From Octopus sinensis (taxonomy: Eukaryota), in NCBI RefSeq assembly GCF_006345805.1, contig NC_043008.1, forward strand, positions 42,656,001 through 42,720,000: a stretch of DNA of 64,000 nucleotides, in the 5' to 3' direction. The notes below the pieces were generated by a model. It was not told the origin of the DNA and made no database searches. It saw nothing but the letters and a program-made list of their open reading frames with translations. Shown here one piece after another: positions 52,601 through 64,000 of the stretch (within the stretch, counting starts at the first letter, position 1; each line of letters begins with the position of its first letter). The translations under genes and the position numbers were made by a program.

Positions 52601-52770
52601 ACAGTATTTCGTCTGCCTTTACGTTCTGAGTTCACATTCTGCGGAGGTTGACTTTGCCTTTCATCCATTCGGAGTAAATAAACTAAGTACCAGTTAGGTA
52701 CTGGGGTCGATCTAATCGACTGGCTCTTCCCCCAAAACTTCAAGCCTTGTACCTAGAGTAGAAAAGGGTT
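52601..52770 (+). mobile_element. SINE family S1, 5'-clipped
   Basis: gtatttcgtctgcctttacgttctgagttcacattc...gactttgcctttcatcc. Confidence 0.85.
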
Positions 52771-53809
52771 TTAAGCGATGTGAATATGCGAGAATTTGTG
52801 TTTGCGTATCTGTGTGTGCACGCGCATGGGCTTCATCCTGGTCCTAACTTCCTTCATAATCATGGAAAATATTCCACCTCCAATTTCTAAGAAAACGTTC
52901 AGATAGGTTTCAATGGGATGTCAACACAAACACAGATTTCTAGAGACTGTCGCCGATCAAAGAATTTGTATTAAAGTGGTAGAATATTAGAATTATCAAA
53001 CAAGTGCTTTGAGGTATTTGTTTCAGCTTTTAAACTTTCAGGATTCAAATCCTTCGGATGTCAACTCGGATCTTCACGTTCAACTGTCAATTAACAGACC
53101 CCTTTCAGCATCGTATCTCAATTGCAAACTATAATTTACATAATCACAAGAGTTTGACTTTTATAAACGCGAGCAAATGGTTTCTAACTTGAACTGAGAA
53201 GAGTTCACATCCCGGAATTGCAAAATGCGAAAAACACATCTTCCGCTGCGAACCTTAAGGGCGATGATGTTTGACATTACAAATGGCCTGTGGTTGCCCA
53301 GATGACTACTTCCCATACAGGAGATAGAGAAGGGAATTAGGCGATTGTGCATTTGGCATTTTCTTTTTACTTTGGCCAGCGGTGAAGCCGATCACTGTGA
53401 TCCAGCCCTAAACAAATAAAACAAGAACTTCATTCTAGAAGTGAAATTTAGACGACTAAATATCTCTAACTGTAGATATTATGATACTGTTTTTCACCCT
53501 CGGAAGACACTTCTTATCATATTATACAGAATATGTGCTTCATAAACAGCAACCGGGTTTGAATTGTGAATATATAATTTATTCCTGCAGTAATCTACTA
53601 CGATATTGCTATTGAAATATAAGCAAAGATTTTATTCTCCTAATACGAAATCACTTACTGCGAAAACGGTCCCTCTCAATAGGTAGCCATTAGAATATTA
53701 TTAAATTTCAATAGTAACAAATACTAGCTTTCATCTACCAAACAATACAACTGATCATATTTTATATGCAATACAGAACGAATCGAAGACTAGGAGCGTC
53801 CCTATACAA

Positions 53810-53825
53810 ATAAAATATATATATG

Positions 53826-53876
<51 letters not shown>

Positions 53877-53937
53877 ATGTATGTATGTATGTATGTATGT
53901 ATGTATGTATGATGTATGTAGGTATGTATGTATATAT

Positions 53938-53977
<40 letters not shown>

Positions 53978-54350
53978 ATATATAATACATGTATGCATGT
54001 GTTTATATGTGTGTACGTTTATATATATATATGTATATATATATATATTATATATATATATATATATATAAATCGATAGATAGATAGATAGATATACTTA
54101 TATATCTATACACACATATGTACAGAGATATATATACATATATATTATATATATATATATAAGCACACATATGCATACAAATATGTGTGTATGCGTGTAT
54201 GTATGTATGTAGTTATACATGTATGTATGTATGTAAGTATGTATGTATGTATGTATGTATGTATGTATGTATGTATGTGTGTATGCGTGTATGTATGTAT
54301 TTATACATGTATGTATGTTTGTGTGTATGTATGTACACAAGCAAATACAG
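53810..54350. repeat. (TA)n/(ATGT)n microsatellite block
   Basis: Direct. Confidence 0.9.
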
Positions 54351-54686
54351 AGCGTACGTAATGGTTATGCATATTAGCAATATGGCAGCACATAAACTGT
54401 TCGCCTTTGGCTAGATGCAGTCTTCAGTTCCTGAAATCACGCTATGCCATCATGAAAGTTCACCGTATTAAAGATATTCTCACAATGGAATCTTCTAAAA
54501 TGATATCGCCTTTTATCAAAGAAAACCAGTTTTTCACATGTCCGACCACGGTTTTATTCTAGTTTCCTTTCATCAAAAGCAATTGCCAGCTCACCAGCGA
54601 TCATCTATTCTCTCTCAATAAACATAAAATGCTAAGTGTGTGTGTGAGTGTATGCGTATGTGTGTGTGTGTCTGTGTGTGTGTGTG

Positions 54687-54738
<52 letters not shown>

Positions 54739-54832
54739 GTGTGTGTGTGATTGAGTGTGTTAACAGGGCGACAATAGAAAAACACACAAATACATACATG
54801 CGTCAGGATACATATATACTAAACATTCAATA

Positions 54833-54892
<60 letters not shown>

Positions 54893-56179
54893 GCCTTACC
54901 CTAGCAAGTTTAGATATATGGAGAGGTACATGTGATATATTCATATATTTCACATATATATAACAGCCGAATAACAAGGTGTTTTCCTCCAACGCTACAT
55001 ATGGGGTTAACGTTTTGAATTCCAAGATTATCGACCATGGTAAACGTGACTACAGCACAATCATAAAGGAACCATTAGAAAGACAAATGTTGGCAGCAAT
55101 TCTATCATCGGATCTGCTTTACCATTCTTTCACATTGATCTACTTTGCTTGATAGAATGGTATGCTGCATACCCTAAATGCTGCGGTTTTCACCGTTAAT
55201 ACATGGTGTTTGTCAATTTTAACCCACGCTGGTGGAAAGGGTAGAGCAGAAATTCTTCGCTTGCATATTCGAATTTGATAGCATTTTTAGTTCGAGCAGA
55301 ATTCTAGAGGTGATTAGAAACCGAAAGGGTATGCTCCCGACTTTCAGTGTTCCCAAATCCGATTCAAGGAATTCTGAGCTGAGAAAGAAATGTCGAATTG
55401 ACTAATCTAGAAACGTACGTTCTCAAATAACCTTTGCACTTGATTTTTAATGTTTTTTCCCCCATACTTTTGTGAGTTAGTTTAGGCAAACACTATCTGA
55501 GAGAGATCTTCTTTAAGTATTAGAAATAGCTGAAGAAATTTCTTTAGCTGCTATTTCTAATGAGTTCAGTATGTGGCAAAGTAATTATTTTACTAAGCCC
55601 TTATATATAATGTAATTATATATATATATATATATATCTATATATATATATATATATATATAAGCATTTAGTACACTACAGTATGAAGGAAAGATAGAAT
55701 GGTAAATGCATGAGTAGCTATATAGACTAGTCAGTATAGTGAGGGGGTGTTTGGCAAGAGAGGTTAGGGGCTAAATAAACATCCACACACAGATAAGTAC
55801 GTGATGAAAAATAGTAAATTCTAATATAGTTTCACCTCATGGTTGACCACCAAACTGAGGACCCGTCGAAAACACCTTGTTTATTCTTCATGTATGTATG
55901 TATACATGCATGTATGTTATAATCGAACAGTGAAGATGGGTGCCCAGCACCACATTGCTGGCTAATATTCTTTATTACTGCGTTAACAAATCTCCTACTC
56001 GTTTGAGGTGTCTTTGCTCCAGGTGTCACTCGAAAACCTTTGACTTTCAATGTTATCTGGCATCAACTTTTCATCTGTACACTCTCCATTTGTTTTTTTG
56101 TAGAACCTATTCTGATCTACTCGGAATAACCTATTCTGCTCTTGTTTTTGTTCTTTCATTGTCACTCATATGAGGTAGC

Positions 56180-56267
56180 GATTATCATTATTATCATTAT
56201 TATTATTATTACTGTTGTTGTTGTTGTTATTATTATTATTATGATTATTATGATTATGATTATTATG

Positions 56268-56304
<37 letters not shown>

Positions 56305-56325
56305 TATTATTATATTATTATTTAT
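56180..56325. repeat. (ATT/GTT/ATG)n trinucleotide microsatellite
   Basis: Direct. Confidence 0.9.
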
Positions 56326-56687
56326 TATTCATACACACATGTACACATGTATTATGCTTACATAGATATAGCTTCCTAGTTTGCTGACCGCTTCCTCACA
56401 CTAGCAGATGTTATGCAAGATTGTTATAAATTGGATATACTCATTTGCATATCTTTCCAAACAACGGATTGTTATTAATTAAGCTATATATAATTCAAGC
56501 ACAACACAGTGTGAATGAGAATCAATTAAGTAAATTTGAATATTAGAAAATAGTTCCGCATCTTGCCCCGCATTCTAATAAGACTACATTCTTGACGAGT
56601 AACCTACTATACATATATGTACACACACACAAATATATATATATATAATATATATATATATATTATATATACATACATAAAACATAT

Positions 56688-56726
<39 letters not shown>

Positions 56727-56840
56727 GTATATATATATATACACACACGCCTCGTACATCGAAATATTACACACACGGATAGATGGAGAGAGAGAGATTA
56801 ATTAAGACTAGTAATAAACTATATATTATTCATATAAATA

Positions 56841-57240
56841 CAGTGTACATTTAAACACATAAGAGGTAACCATCATAGGATATCTGGCACGCTAGAAGGA
56901 ATAGCTAAAATCGAAACTACTATTAGGGATAAATTTCGAAGGGAACCACCTCTTCCGCGGTGGATTTCAGGTGTTGTTTTATATAAGCACGGGCACGTGC
57001 TGGATTGCCTCAGATTTATATGTTTAATCTTGGCGTACATGTTGATGAAGGCCCCGCCTATCAAATAATTTTATTCGCTAATATAGAGTCAGAAACCATG
57101 GTCCAGGAGATGGATGATAAATGTTTTTCACTTTCATTCCATTCAAAACGTATCCCTAATAGTGGTTTGAATTCAGGCTAGCCTTTTAGCGTTCCAGGTA
57201 TCATATGATGGTTACCTCTTATGTGTTTAGATATACACGG
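56841..57240. mobile_element. 400-bp element with ~90-bp imperfect terminal inverted repeats (MITE-like or PLE fold-back)
   Basis: 56841-56931 vs 57151-57240 (aaacacataagaggtaaccatcat / atgatggttacctcttatgtgttt); ends TA-CAGTGTA...TACACGG; HHR-like motif in the spacer. Confidence 0.75.
57037..57107 (+). ncRNA. Degenerate type-I HHR-like motif
   Basis: CATG-TTGATGAA-GGCCCC...GAGTC-A-GAAAC CATG GTC-CAGG; perfect palindrome ACCATGGT and GUC site. Confidence 0.5.
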
Positions 57241-57261
57241 TTATATATATATACATATATA

Positions 57262-57473
57262 TAGGGAGAGTTTACAAAAAAAAAACAAAAGATGAAGACA
57301 GGTGGTGTACAAAACAAACAGATGTATTAGTATAACACTCAGGTATAGGAAAAGTTTTTTTACGTTTCGAGCCTACGCTCTTCTACAGAAAGGGACACAG
57401 AAAAAACAAGGAGAGAAACAAGGGGAGAAAAATGTGTGTAGTGGCTAACGATCTATCATCGCGACAAGTGCCG
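57262..57473 (-). mobile_element. HHR-bearing repeat family A, longest copy
   Basis: Minus strand CTTT-CTGTAGAA-GAGC gtag GCTC-GAAACGTA at 57358-57392. Confidence 0.8.
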
Positions 57474-57495
57474 ATATATATATATATATACCATA

Positions 57496-57579
<84 letters not shown>

Positions 57580-58429
57580 TGTATGTATGTATGTATGTAT
57601 GTAATATCTGTTGATTAACAAAATGCAGACGAGTACTAACTCCATATGTTGCCGGCTTGATAATTGCTAAGAGTTTTATCGGCATAAAACCAATGTTAGC
57701 CTTGTTATTCCAATAATAAAGAATATTCACTCATCTTTGCGGTGTTGACCACTCAGTTTCATTGTTAAAATATATATATATATAAAATATGTGTCTGTGA
57801 ATATATACGTGCGTGTGTGTGCGCGCGTGTATATATATGCATGAGAGCGCACGCGTGAGTATGTGTGTGTGCGCGCACGTGAGTAAGGAATATATATAAT
57901 ATATGTCTGTGTGTGTGTGTATAGCTTATATACCGTATGTATGTAAAGATATATATATATATATTATATAATATATATATATATATATATATACATCCCT
58001 ATATATGTGAGTGTGTGTTTGCTTGTGCGTGTGAACGTGTACGTACTTCTGTGTATAGGTGTGTATGTAAGCGTCTGTATGTATGTACAACGTAATACAG
58101 AGTTATACAAAGTATTAGACAATGATCTTAGTTAAAGCTGTCTGTATTCTCTAAGAAAGCTTTTAAAACGAAAAAAGCAAAAAATTAACAAATAGGAAAT
58201 AGGTTAAATACAGAAGAGAAATATCTGAATACGATATAACAGTAGAATGGAACTGAAAGATGAAAAAAGAAAAATACTTATTTAAGAAATTTATAATTGA
58301 ATAGGAGAATGATTAAAAAAATTATGAACACAAAACTTTTCTTTTTCATGAAATTTTAAGAATTATATAAGAAAATTTAAATTAAAATTCACATTCGCAT
58401 AGTACTCTGTTTTATATTGATATATATTT

Positions 58430-58508
58430 CTATTATTATCATGTGTGTGTTAGGGGATATATGTCTGCATGTGAGTGACTGTGTGTATGGGTCTATATAT
58501 ATATATAT

Positions 58509-58558
<50 letters not shown>

Positions 58559-58654
58559 TGTATGTATGTATGTATGTATGCATATATATAACATATACAT
58601 ATACGTATGTATATAAATGTGGAGACATGTGTACACAAACACATACACTCCGAT

Positions 58655-58687
<33 letters not shown>

Positions 58688-59197
58688 GATATGCGTGTGG
58701 GTGTTCATATGTATATATATATGTGTGTGTGTATATATACATATATATATATGTATATATATATATATATGTATATACATATATATATACGCTTACATAC
58801 ACACACATATACATATCTGAGTTTTTGAACAAGTGTGTATGTGCTCGTCAGAGAGAGAGAAAAAATGAAAATGAAGGAAAGGAAAGAAGGAAGGAAGGAA
58901 GAAAGGAAGAAAGAAAGTCTAACAGCTGTTAGAGATCCATGATAATATTGGTAGATGTAGTTCATCTCAATATACTGTCATAGAATTACATCATCCAACA
59001 TTATTATGAGTCTGTAAGCCTCAGAAACAGCTGTTGGGCTTATAACACATTTCTTCCCCGCCTTTCATTTTCTCTGTCGTTTATAACCTGGATATGGTGG
59101 ATCTATCATTATAAATATATCAACATATTTGTACTTAAATATTTCATCGTCTGAAAGATTCCATCTTTGCTTTCTCTAGTTTTTCACGTGCACATAT

Positions 59198-59250
<53 letters not shown>

Positions 59251-59255
59251 ATATA

Positions 59256-59299
<44 letters not shown>

Positions 59300-59450
59300 T
59301 AGTATGTATATATATATATGTATATATATAATATATATATATTTATATTTATTTATATATATATATGTGTGTGTGTATGAATGTATGTATGTATATATAT
59401 ATATGTGTATGTATGTATGGATGTATAACATATATGTGTGTGTGCTCGTG
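58430..59450. repeat. (TA)n/(CA)n/(ATGT)n blocks (58430-58820, 59190-59450)
   Basis: Direct. Confidence 0.85.
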
Positions 59451-59923
59451 AATGTGTAGTATATGTATATTTTGCCATGTTATGTTATATCTATTAGTTC
59501 TATATTGAATTGACATATCTGATATAGTACTCATATATAATTTACACATTACACTTCTGTAACTCACATATTAATTTTTGTTCAATATTTTCCCACTTAT
59601 AATGCAATGCTTTTTATCAACACTTATATTGAAGTAGCTCGAATCAGACTTACGCATCATTTGTACAAGGTAGACATCTTGAATTTAAAGCGATTTTGTT
59701 TTAAAACCAACATACATTCTAATAGCACAAATGAAACCTCTAGATGCATTTAAGATGAAATAAAAATAAATGTAAAATTTTTTTGAGGTTTCGTAAGTGG
59801 TGTTTTTTATCGCAGACATCTTTGCCACACACACACAGATTCCATAGAGGCCATACATGTACACAAATGTATTCAGTATGTCGAATTTTTTCTGTGTGTA
59901 AATACATCGATACATATGTGGAG

Positions 59924-59956
<33 letters not shown>

Positions 59957-60049
59957 CACTGTACACATACGCACACATTTATATACGCACGCATAGATAC
60001 GTGTATGTATATATGTTGTGTATGTATGTATATGCGCATGTGAGGCGCA

Positions 60050-60850
60050 AAGTGAACTAGCAGTCTGAGAAAATACCTCACAATTCCGTACCAGTACTTT
60101 TGATCTAATTTGAAATCCGGCTGAGACTTACAGGAGGGCGTGGGGTTGGGAGAAAACTATATGAGAAACATCCAGAGAACTCGGGATATCTGCCTTCTGA
60201 TTGTAAAACCTCAGCAACACCGGCACCAAACTGTTATCAGGTTCTGTATTAACACACAGTTGGTGATCTTCGGGGGAATCATTTATTTAGTCTAGTGTCA
60301 CGAAGACGAACTTTCTGGGGACGGATTCATAACCTTGCATGACAACGAAAGCGTTGAGAGTTATCTAGGCACATACGTCCAATACGATACATCGATGTAA
60401 CTTGGTGAAGGACAGACAGTCATTTACCGTTAAGTGACCAGTGACGGCACGGAAGTTAAGAACATCAAGATCAGATGGCTTATAACCATAGCACCCACGA
60501 CTCCCCATAACTGCCCTCAACTCTCGAAAGATAACTTGAGACTGTAGATAGGCCTCTTTCTGGATTCGTTCGAGGACAGTTTCGTGACTGCGATGTTAGA
60601 AGACCATAAGCTTTTCGAATGATAATCGATAAACATGAATTGCCCGCCCACGTATGAGTTAGAAATGATATTTAATTGTTTTGCACACGATCGGACTGTA
60701 AAATCATCGGCCCCGTGAGTTTCTCGGCGATTATTTGCCCTCTGGTAAATAATCGTTCATGATCAGAATTTATTGGACCACCTCACTCGTACTTACACCC
60801 TCTTATCGGAGAAAATCTCAGTTTTTTTTTGTGGCCACAGATCGGATATG
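60050..60850 (-). mobile_element. Degenerate CR1/L2-clade LINE RT C-terminal region
   Basis: Minus-strand frameshifted IAEKL...YHSKSLWSS...LERIQKEAYL (cf. KKLG...EYCSHIWG...LDRIQKRAIRL); GC-richer than the flanks. Confidence 0.45.
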
Positions 60851-61007
60851 TAGACAATTGTCAATGAAATATGTGTCAGTAATATTATGGGCCACAGCCC
60901 ACCGTATATTTGATTTCTTGCTCTCTAAAGTATGTTCACAATAAACGATGCATCCTGCTTAATTCAAACACACAAATATACGTATGCACATACATACACT
61001 CAAAAGG

Positions 61008-61260
61008 TAAAGTAAAGCTACATTCGCGAGTCCTGCTGACTCGTGAGGGCCGGTTTCCCGGTTTCATGGCGTATAGATTCCCCACGTAAAGGGGACGTCG
61101 GCCCGTCGTAGAGTTGCTCCTTTTTGGCAGTTCAGTAGACTGTGGCAACGTGAAATGAAGAGTTTTGCTCAAGAACACATTGCGTCGTTCAGTCCAGAAA
61201 TCGAAACTACAATCTTACTAATGATGAGGCCAACGCGTTAACCACTAAGCCACGGGTCTC
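61008..61260 (-). mobile_element. SINE with S2-type head and CORE-like domain
   Basis: gcaacgtgaaatgaagagttttgctcaagaacaca...aatcgaaactac...ttaaccactaagccac. Confidence 0.8.
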
Positions 61261-61379
61261 AACACACATATATATGCACACACATAAAATCATATATGGG
61301 CACCCACGCGTGTGTGTGGGGGTGGTGGGGTGTGTATGCACTTTGTGTATTCCTGTGATTGCGAGAGCATAGTTTACTT

Positions 61380-61800
<421 letters not shown>

Positions 61801-62398
61801 ACATTTTTGGTTACGTCTACTGATATGTGATATAAATAATAACAAAATTGCGCTTAACAGATAAGTCGACCGAGATATCTTGGTATGTGTATGTATGTGT
61901 GTGAATGTGTGTGTAGGTATTATGTATGGGTATGTATATAAACATGTCTGTGTAGATATGTACGTTTATGAGGTAGCCGTATCTTGGCTTGTATACTTTG
62001 AAAGTGAGTGTATGTATCTGTGTCCACACATGGATTCACAGTTTACTGATACGTGTGTAGAAATATTACGTCTAGATATTTTGGTATGCATTTGTATATA
62101 TGAAACACTAATATCTACCAGTAATTTTTATATTTGTTAATTACCATCTTTAATTGTGTAATTTATGTTTGAATGTTTCTAAAGAATTCAGGAAGCTCGT
62201 TTAGAAAGAGAATTAGAGGCGATAATCTTTACTTGAAATTTTATCACAAAAATTAGTAGAAGGATTTATATATGAGTGTGTATGGCATCCATCTACCTTC
62301 TCTTCTCTACTTCGTTCCTCTTCCTTTCATATCCGCCTCTCCTTCCTCTCTCCGCTTAGTCTTTCCGCACTCTCCCTGTCTCTCTTTGATATATATAC

Positions 62399-62483
<85 letters not shown>

Positions 62484-62611
62484 TACAAATATCAATATAT
62501 TCGTGTGTATGACGTTATGTCATAATGTTCTGTTTTATATGTGCGTGTATATGTATAAATATCTATGTGTTAATATAATACACACATAGATCTATATCTA
62601 CTGCGTATGCA

Positions 62612-62667
<56 letters not shown>

Positions 62668-63039
62668 TATATATGTTTCGCTGTACGTATGTATATGTAA
62701 GTATGTGTATATATATGTTTGTGTGTGGGTGTATATATCAATATGTGTGCATCACAGTCTTCGAAACAATGGCAGCATTATCTTTGCAGGTGTTATGGCA
62801 ATGAATTACAGATGATTATGATTATTACCGTATCATTCTTTGAGAAATCGCTAACAATGCCATGGGTCTGTTTAACAGAAATCAATGATTAAGTTGAAAG
62901 AAAGCCAGGAAGAATAGCAACTAAGATTAAATTCTATTAACAGACTAATTCTTATACATTCACTCTCTTACCGATTCCAAACATTTTTCCCCTTATGCAC
63001 ATCAATATACATACGTACGTACAAACATATTTTTTATCT

Positions 63040-63200
63040 GTTATTTATTTATAATTAGACTACGGCCATTCTGGTGCAACGCCTTGGAAAATGTTAGTCG
63101 AACGAATCTATGCCACTGCTTACTTAATTTAAGCCAAGTCCTATTTTTATCAGTCTTTGGCCGATCCGCTAAGTTAAGGGGTGTGACCACGCCAACATGG
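63040..63200 (-). mobile_element. SINE family S3 3' half
   Basis: Reverse complement of the 49470-49610 segment (ccgctaagtta; ggccattctggtgcaacgcc). Confidence 0.75.
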
Positions 63201-63526
63201 TTTGTGAAGCGGGGATAGAGGACAAATATAGACACATACAAACAGACACACACACACACCATATGTGTGTTTGTGTATGTGTATACATACATACATACAT
63301 ATACATATATATATATATATTGTTGTATTTCGGGATGGTCTTTTTTTTGCCAAATAAACACACGCACTGTATAGTTTTTCTTCACTCGTTTATTACTGTT
63401 CTTATTTCAATATTTTAACTCATGTACATTGTCCGGAAATCTTTCGTCTCGCATCTGTGACCTTTTCAGCGACACTTTTCGTTTTCGCGCATGCTCTTGC
63501 TCCACTTACTCCATTCTGTCAGAATT

Positions 63527-63715
63527 AAGGCGGCAAGCTAGCAGAAACGTTAGCACGCCGGGTGAAATGCCTAGCGGTATTTTGTCTGCCGCTACGTTCT
63601 GAGTTCAAATTCCGCCGAGGTCGATTTTGCCTTTCATCCTTTCGGGGTCGATAAATAAAGTACCAGTTACGCACTGGGGTCGATATAATCGACTTAATTC
63701 GTTTGTCTTTCCTTT
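63527..63715 (+). mobile_element. SINE family S1, young copy
   Basis: aaggcggcaagctagcagaaacgttagcacgccggg...gagttcaaattccgccgaggtcga...ctttcggggtcgataaataaagtacc. Confidence 0.92.
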
Positions 63716-64000
63716 AGGTTCCATCAGTGAATGTTTGAAATGTTTGGCAAACGTAGTAGGGGATTTTTTTTTGCAACATGAATAACTGACACCAATTGAA
63801 AAAATACCATAAATAACAACTAGAATTTTTAGAACAGGTAACAAATGGTTTCCTTATTGCAGTTCACGAACTGCGATCACCTGATAATTAGTTTTCTCAA
63901 TTGAGCCGTTGTGTTATAGAATTTAATTATTTCGCTTTTGTACAGAGAATTATTCTACCATGTGAAACGAATTAACGAGAAGCTCAATAAAACGAACGCT

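Noticed and set aside
53360-53425. Possible terminal exon (ttttactttggccag|...GEADHCDPALNK* + AATAAA)
   Set aside because: Too short and without an upstream partner exon; such signals occur by chance in AT-rich DNA.
55225-55280. Peptide GGKGRAEILRLHI resembling AAA-ATPase (GRxEILxIH) or sigma-GST (GRAE) motifs
   Set aside because: Only ~13 residues, followed by a stop; upstream frame does not match either family and there are no convincing splice sites.

Overview
AT-rich, microsatellite-dense eukaryotic non-coding DNA, most likely from an octopod cephalopod (Octopus sp.). That assignment is inferred from the tRNA-derived SINE families and the extreme (TA)n/(CA)n/(GATA)n load, not from a database search. 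No host protein-coding gene, tRNA gene, rRNA or CRISPR array can be supported, and nearly all ORFs in the supplied track are microsatellite read-throughs. The window holds three tRNA-headed SINE families (here S1, S2, S3; about 25 copies, including tandem multimers and a chimera), decayed non-LTR retrotransposons (R4/Dong-like, CR1/L2-like, possibly RTE) and Tc1/mariner remnants. The most striking signal is a set of at least seven sequence-unrelated minimal type-I hammerhead-ribozyme (HHR) motifs of the kind carried by Penelope-like elements (PLEs). Each has its own palindromic helix III, and several sit outward-facing at the tips of fold-back (inverted-repeat) structures, including a near-perfect 874-bp palindrome whose HHR carries a compensatory U3:A8 core. 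A candidate regulatory region (ETS-CRE, E-boxes, RFX X-box) lies at 47.3-48.05 kb. Boundaries of decayed elements are approximate.
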